Assembly (NCBI GenBank): GCA_044347345.1
Contig: JBIKUX010000001.1
Location: 32,001-96,000 of the forward strand
Source of the DNA: Bdellovibrionota bacterium
GTDB lineage: Bacteria; Bdellovibrionota_C; UBA2361; JBIKUX01
Direction of reading: 5' to 3'
Length of the DNA: 64,000 nt
Position 1 is the stretch's first letter. The number at the start of each line of letters is the position of its first letter. The notes below the pieces were generated by a model. The model did no database searches. It was not told the DNA's origin and was given only the letters and a program-made list of their open reading frames with translations. Below are positions 58,855 through 64,000 of this stretch, piece by piece. The translations under genes and the position numbers were made by a program.

Positions 58855-59667
58855 TTACATTAACTGTCTAATTGATTGATCACCTGAGATTGCTGTTGTT
58901 GAACGAGCGAGGCGAATCTCTGAAAAAGGATCTTCTTGAAGCACAATCAGTGCACTCCGTTTGCACAACTCAAGCAAAGCTAAAAATGACGATATCAAAA
59001 CTGAAATACTTTCCCCATCGCTAAATAATTCAGGAAAAGTTATCTCTCCTCCAACCGAATCTACTTTATTTAGTATCATCATCATTCGATCAGCAATGGA
59101 TAGTGAGTCAACAGTTATCGAGAAAGACGCTCGGCTCCCCTTTACTCTTTCAAGTAACCGCTTAAAAGCAAGACCAAGAGTCATAGGATCATGGCTTTTG
59201 AGTGGAGCATTTTTTTCAGACTCTGATAGGGTAAATCCAACGGATGGGAACACATCCACCCAAAGAAGTGCCCTAGAACCCAACTCTGTGGCAGTTTTAC
59301 GAAAAATCGCAGCTTCTCGCAGTTGCTTGAGAAGCTCCTCATTTGGGTCAAGGATGTCTTCATCCCCATCAAGTGACTGATCATTGTCTTTTTGGTCACG
59401 CGCACCATGACTATCCTCACCAAGTAGGTGCCGAGCTTTAAGTGAGAGAAGAGTTGCAGCTATCACCAAATATTCCCCAGCTGATTCAAACTCTTGACGA
59501 GTAAGAATCTCAACACAGTCAAAGTACTGCTGTGCAACCTCCAAAAGTGAAATTTTATCGAGAGGAAGCTCACGCCGTTTTACCAAGTGAAGTAGAAGAT
59601 CCACTGGCCCATCGAATATACCAAGGGAAACTTCAAAAGTTTTGATATTAGGAGAAGGTAAATTCAT
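58855..59667 (-). CDS. scpA: Segregation and condensation protein A
   Basis: FDGPVDLLLHLV, EYLVIAATLL..KA..LL, FLALLEL, Q..PFSEI. Confidence 0.93.
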   Translation of the reverse strand: MNLPSPNIKTFEVSLGIFDGPVDLLLHLVKRRELPLDKISLLEVAQQYFDCVEILTRQEFESAGEYLVIAATLLSLKARHLLGEDSHGARDQKDNDQSLDGDEDILDPNEELLKQLREAAIFRKTATELGSRALLWVDVFPSVGFTLSESEKNAPLKSHDPMTLGLAFKRLLERVKGSRASFSITVDSLSIADRMMMILNKVDSVGGEITFPELFSDGESISVLISSFLALLELCKRSALIVLQEDPFSEIRLARSTTAISGDQSIRQLM

Positions 59668-59797
59668 AATACTAAGAGGCTAATAGAATAGCCTGCTAAG
59701 TAACAAGAGGTATTGGAGTGCATAGGAGGCTTATTTTAATAGTCTAGTTATTCCATAAAATTAATTGTTTCATCAATAAAAATCATTTATTCCCACC

Positions 59798-60661
59798 TTA
59801 CTTAAGTTTCTCTCTAGAGGCTAAAGACCAATGCCAAGTAAATACTGCCGCTGCTTGAGCCACATTAATAGAATCAATTTTCCCTGCCATTGGTATTGTA
59901 AATTGTAGCCTGCACCTACTTTGTAGTAGCTGAGGAATTCCCTCTGCTTCGCTACCTAATACCAAAAACATCTTTGATGGAAGCACACTAACTGTATCTA
60001 TTGGCACTGCTTCAGCACTACAGGTAAGAGCTACTGATGAAATGTTGAATTCATCTTGAGCCTTAATTATTGCCTGACTGAGATTAGGAACTGCATAAAC
60101 AGGAATAAATTCTGAAGCTCCAGCACTGACTCTTGAAACAGCGGGACTCAGACCTACCGACCTATTTTTGGGAATCACGATTCCTTGTGCACCAAAACAA
60201 TGAGCGACCCTTAATATTGCACCAAAATTGTGGACATCGGTTATGCCAGCAAGAACAAAGAAAATGGAACTTTGGTTAAGCTTTGATAACGCCTCCATAA
60301 GCTCAGTTGTGCCTAAGGCATTTCTCGGTTTAGTTAAGGCCAAACAACCCTGATGATTAACTCCTCCTGAACCCACCACCATTACCATCGCAGATATCTC
60401 ATCTTTTGCAAGAATCCGCTTGGAGAATTGCTCAATATCAATACGTCCTTCAGCACTATTCCCGTCTTTCTGCATGCGCATCCACTCAAATGCTTCTTGA
60501 GTAAGATATAATTCTAGAATACGCCCAGCATTGTATCGAATCATCTCTCTTACTGGTTTACGCCCAACAACAAAGTGAACATTCTGCGGAGGAAATACAG
60601 GCCTTCGCTTATTTGGACTTTGAGAAGAGATGTGAGAAATTTTTGAAATTTTTTTAGGCAT
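59798..60661 (-). CDS. rlmB: 23S rRNA (Gm2251) 2'-O-methyltransferase, TrmH/SpoU family
   Basis: HQG, DVHNFGAILR, SAGA, LVLGSEAEGI, IPMAGKIDSINVAQA. Confidence 0.82.
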   Translation of the reverse strand: MPKKISKISHISSQSPNKRRPVFPPQNVHFVVGRKPVREMIRYNAGRILELYLTQEAFEWMRMQKDGNSAEGRIDIEQFSKRILAKDEISAMVMVVGSGGVNHQGCLALTKPRNALGTTELMEALSKLNQSSIFFVLAGITDVHNFGAILRVAHCFGAQGIVIPKNRSVGLSPAVSRVSAGASEFIPVYAVPNLSQAIIKAQDEFNISSVALTCSAEAVPIDTVSVLPSKMFLVLGSEAEGIPQLLQSRCRLQFTIPMAGKIDSINVAQAAAVFTWHWSLASREKLK

Positions 60662-60774
60662 AGAAATTTTACTATAAATGTTGGGTAGCTAAGCTAGTTA
60701 ACATTGATTACACTTTGGGCAAGTCGTACGGTATACCCTTCCAAGATAGTATACACTCAAAAATCTAAAAAATT

Positions 60775-61908
60775 ATGTTAGGGCGAGGCATTTTAAGCAG
60801 CAAAAGTTCCTCATTAAGGTCAAATTTGAAGGCACCTGCCTTATTTACTAGTTCAAGATATCCTGCTTTTTCTCATTTTATGAAAAGTAACGTAAAACAA
60901 AAAGTACACGTCTTAAATAACGGGCGTCTTAAAGCACCGTTTATAATAAGTTACGATCGAGAATTAACGAGCAATCTGCCCTACTCTACTGAAATAAATG
61001 GTAAGTTAACATTTAATGGTCCTCCCCATGAGTTCATCCCACCTAATGAAGAAAAATTACATAAACTCGACAAAAAATCTTATAGCTTGAAATCGTTTAT
61101 TTTATCTCAAAGAGATATTTCGCCATCACGAATCTTAATCAAGGGTAAACATTTCTATTCAAAAACAGCCCAATTTTTAGGTAAGGTTATAAAATTTAAC
61201 CTAATCAACCAAAGGAGCTCTAACACTCGTTTCCAAGATCCACAAAACGACTCTAACAAACAGCTTGAGTTCAAAGTTCCAAAACAAATACTTCTAAAAC
61301 GGGCGTGCTGGCTTACGGCAGTGCTCCTTATACTTACAGCCTCCCTCACGATGTCAGTGCGATTAAGTACTGCGCTTGCACGCGAGGTTGATACTCTTTT
61401 TTTCAGCTCAGCAATAAGGATCCCTCCTCCTGGGGTATATATTTCTCAGATGCGTATCGTGCCGTTTGTAAGTGCTCACGGGATTCCCATATTTATGATA
61501 ACTGGATTGGTAAAAAACGACACTGAAGATAATTTCAGCGATGTCACCATAGAGGGATTAACGTACGATCCAGAGGGAGCAATTATTGGGCGCAGTGTTG
61601 CGACTGCTGGTGTTACTACTTCTGGCGTAAGTAGTTTTTCTGATGCTTTGCCTAGTACTTCTTCTGATAACTTTTCTAATGGCCTTTCTAATTCACTTTC
61701 TAATTATAATGCCCCTTCGGGAGCCGCGATTAAAACTTTAACTCAAGACGCTATCTTTTTACTAAAAAAAAATACTACCGCACCAAGCAAGCTACTGCGT
61801 GGTCAAAGCATCCCATTTAATTTGATAATCGAACCTACTTCGGCCATCTCCAATGAAAAGAACATCCCTAGCTCCTATTCAGCTCGAGTATTTACAGTAG
61901 AAAAGTAA
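60775..61908 (+). CDS. Hypothetical membrane-anchored protein with Ig-like C-terminal domain (FxLYD/DUF3426-like)
   Basis: Single TM helix, then ITGLVKNDT...VTIEGLTYDPEG...GQSIPF. Start uncertain. Confidence 0.55.
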   Translation: MLGRGILSSKSSSLRSNLKAPALFTSSRYPAFSHFMKSNVKQKVHVLNNGRLKAPFIISYDRELTSNLPYSTEINGKLTFNGPPHEFIPPNEEKLHKLDKKSYSLKSFILSQRDISPSRILIKGKHFYSKTAQFLGKVIKFNLINQRSSNTRFQDPQNDSNKQLEFKVPKQILLKRACWLTAVLLILTASLTMSVRLSTALAREVDTLFFSSAIRIPPPGVYISQMRIVPFVSAHGIPIFMITGLVKNDTEDNFSDVTIEGLTYDPEGAIIGRSVATAGVTTSGVSSFSDALPSTSSDNFSNGLSNSLSNYNAPSGAAIKTLTQDAIFLLKKNTTAPSKLLRGQSIPFNLIIEPTSAISNEKNIPSSYSARVFTVEK

Positions 61909-61939
61909 GCTACTTCGAATTCTTTTTTCCTGTTGATGG

Positions 61940-62194
61940 TCATGTTGGTACGTTATTTTCTTTAGAATTTTCTTTAGCGCTTTTCTCAGTAGATAAATTT
62001 AGTTTCTCAGCCTCAAGTTTCTTTTCAGCTTCTTGAGGAGTCACATCAATAGCACTTCCCTCTCGAAAAGCCTTACGAAAATTACTAATACCCTGGCCTA
62101 AACCGGAGCCTAACTCCGGCAACCGCTTAACCCCAAATAATAATACCACTACTCCAGCGACTACTCCGAGCTCAAGCGGACTAAGACCCATCAT
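61940..62194 (-). CDS. tatA: Twin-arginine translocase subunit TatA/E
   Basis: GLSPLEL..VLLFG.KRLPELGSGLGQGI.NFRK. Confidence 0.93.
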   Translation of the reverse strand: MMGLSPLELGVVAGVVVLLFGVKRLPELGSGLGQGISNFRKAFREGSAIDVTPQEAEKKLEAEKLNLSTEKSAKENSKENNVPT

Positions 62195-62298
62195 ATTACA
62201 CCCCGTTTAATTGGTTAAATGAGCAAATCCTTACATACCTTGCTTTGCTCGCCTAAAAAATTGACCACACACCTTTATTTTTTTCTAACTTCCAAAAC

Positions 62299-63477
62299 GT
62301 GCAGGCCAAGCTCCTCAAGTGTACTGTAGTAAGGATGACAAGCTCAATAACTCGTTACAATTCAATTCCAACAACAATAACAAGCCTCATTGTATCAGCA
62401 GTACTTCATCTCCTGATTTTCATCGCACTTTTAGCCACATTGAAGTTCTCTTCGACTACTCCTTTGTCAGAAGCATTAAAGGTTGAATTGGTTGCACCAC
62501 CCCAAATAAAAAAAAGTTTCTCTCCGACCCTGCCCCCTCAAACTATTCCGTTAAACAAAAAACAGATAGTTTCTCCTCACGAAGCCCCTATAGTCACTAC
62601 CCCTCCACCAGATGCTAAACTATTATCAGATCAAAACACCGCTACAAAAAAAGAGGTGATAAAGAGAGGAATGCCAGCAAAACAAGCTTCACTCTCATCT
62701 AAAGTCTCTTCTCAGAGCTTGCCTCAAACCTCCGCTTTACCTTCAAAAAAAGTAGAGTCTCCAAAAACGGTTACTAAACAGGCGAAAAATAATCAAATAG
62801 CGTCACAAACTAGATCAAAACAACAGTCCATAACCGTTAAAAATAATCCTTCAGCACTTACCTTAAAGCTTGATGAGAACACAGCGCTAGCTAAATTTGG
62901 GTTAGAGAAAAGAAATAATGGTTCAGAAGAAAATAGCTCTGCATCTAGGATAGCTCGGTCATCATCAAAACAGAGTGTTCCATCGGCATTTTCACGTCCT
63001 CCAGGTTCTGGTGCCGCCTTCCTTGGTGCGAGTGGAGTTCCTGATTTTTTACCGAATCTGCCGGATGGTGATTTAACTCTCCTTAACACCAAGGCGAATC
63101 AGTTCGCGGTATTTGTACGTAGAGTTGCTCTTCGCGTTTTTCAAAATCTTAGAAGAGGTGGGTGGGAAGCTATGACCGCTAGGGACATCTTACGTATTGC
63201 CGACAAAGTAAATGTTGAAGCTATACTAGAAAAAAACGGGACTTTACGAGAGGTAAATCTTACTGTTTCCTCAGGAAGTGACGCGTTTGATCAGGTAGTT
63301 GTGAGTGCGATTAAGGAAGGAGCACCAGACCCAAATCCACCAGCCGCTGCGACGCTGGACGACGGGACTATTCGTCTCTTCTTTAACTCTCAGAGCTGGG
63401 TTAGACAAGGATATAACCCTCGAACTGGTGCTCCTCGCGAAGAACGATGGATATACTTAGGAACAGGACTCCGTTAG
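62299..63477 (+). CDS. TonB/TolA-like energy transducer
   Basis: TM helix with SAVLH, Pro/Ser/Lys-rich linker, C-terminal SSG...FD...AI..AP.PNPP. Start may be ATG 62335. Confidence 0.75.
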   Translation: MQAKLLKCTVVRMTSSITRYNSIPTTITSLIVSAVLHLLIFIALLATLKFSSTTPLSEALKVELVAPPQIKKSFSPTLPPQTIPLNKKQIVSPHEAPIVTTPPPDAKLLSDQNTATKKEVIKRGMPAKQASLSSKVSSQSLPQTSALPSKKVESPKTVTKQAKNNQIASQTRSKQQSITVKNNPSALTLKLDENTALAKFGLEKRNNGSEENSSASRIARSSSKQSVPSAFSRPPGSGAAFLGASGVPDFLPNLPDGDLTLLNTKANQFAVFVRRVALRVFQNLRRGGWEAMTARDILRIADKVNVEAILEKNGTLREVNLTVSSGSDAFDQVVVSAIKEGAPDPNPPAAATLDDGTIRLFFNSQSWVRQGYNPRTGAPREERWIYLGTGLR

Positions 63478-63481
63478 ATTG

Positions 63482-64000
63482 ATGAAGAAAAAAATAAAAA
63501 AAGGATTCGCCATAGCGTCTCAAAGTGGCGTCAAAGGCACTTTAAAATGGATGCTTAATGGAATTTCTTGGGAGCTAAAAAAAGTTAATCCCACATTTAG
63601 AGCAAGATTAAAAGAGCATCTTTCATTTGATGAAAAGTACGGTGTAGAGACCCTGACGCCAGTGTTTCCAGAATCTCTCGATATTCCGTATACCACCGAA
63701 ACCGAGCCTGGATGGTATGAGGCCGCTGAACCATGGATAGTTCGTGAAATAATCAAAAAAGCTCCAGTTGAACCAGCACAAACAACATTTGTTGATATTG
63801 GTGCTGGTAAAGGACGAGTTATGTGTATTGCTGCCTTACATGGTTTTCAATCAGTAGTAGGTATTGAGCTTTCATCATCACTTGCCGCAATCGCTCGCAG
63901 TAATATCGCAAAACTCTCTTCTAATCTTCCAACTTCTTCAACCCAACTAACAATTACAATCATTGAGGCAAATGCAGCTGAATGTCACTATCCAGATGGA
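63482..64000 (+). CDS. Class I SAM-dependent methyltransferase, 3'-truncated by the window edge
   Basis: Not in the ORF track. ATG 63482 opens MKKKIKKG...FDEKYGVET...TFVDIGAGKGRVMCIAA..F..VVGIELS, running to the window end. Confidence 0.85.
   Translation, partial: MKKKIKKGFAIASQSGVKGTLKWMLNGISWELKKVNPTFRARLKEHLSFDEKYGVETLTPVFPESLDIPYTTETEPGWYEAAEPWIVREIIKKAPVEPAQTTFVDIGAGKGRVMCIAALHGFQSVVGIELSSSLAAIARSNIAKLSSNLPTSSTQLTITIIEANAAECHYPDG

Noticed and set aside
63520-63756. 78-aa minus-strand ORF
   Set aside because: Antisense to the truncated methyltransferase on the plus strand.

Overview
Bacterial chromosomal window, AT-rich and mostly housekeeping. Gene content and protein style tentatively suggest a deltaproteobacterial/Bdellovibrionota-like lineage (inference only). 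It carries birA, nadC, dnaE, a membrane Fe-S/CCG oxidoreductase, an HU with a histone-like tail, an 11-gene complex I block (nuoC-H, J-N; nuoA, B and I absent), a HelD-like ATPase, amtB, efp, an MltD-like/dacB pair, an ATP-dependent DNA ligase, dcd, initiator tRNA-Met, rluB-scpB-scpA-rlmB, tatA and a TonB-like protein. The most striking element is an AT-richer signalling cluster at about 28.8-37 kb. There an intact hybrid bacteriophytochrome kinase (PAS-GAF-PHY-HK-REC) precedes a CheA-like protein that keeps its Hpt His and two CheW domains but has lost the ATP-binding boxes. These are followed by CheW, an exostosin-like glycosyltransferase and a convergent soluble PAS-PAS chemoreceptor, with no cheY/R/B. 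This may be a light-input relay built on a repurposed chemosensory scaffold. The window also holds three further open, full-length apparent pseudoenzymes: RtcA-like, PHP and DEAD-box/DbpA. Other features are an EF-P with a PGNLH loop, an ORFan cluster with a novel beta-repeat protein, and many 6-18 bp tandem repeats. No CRISPR array, transposase or integrase was seen. All motif comparisons were made by eye against remembered family consensus; no searches were run.
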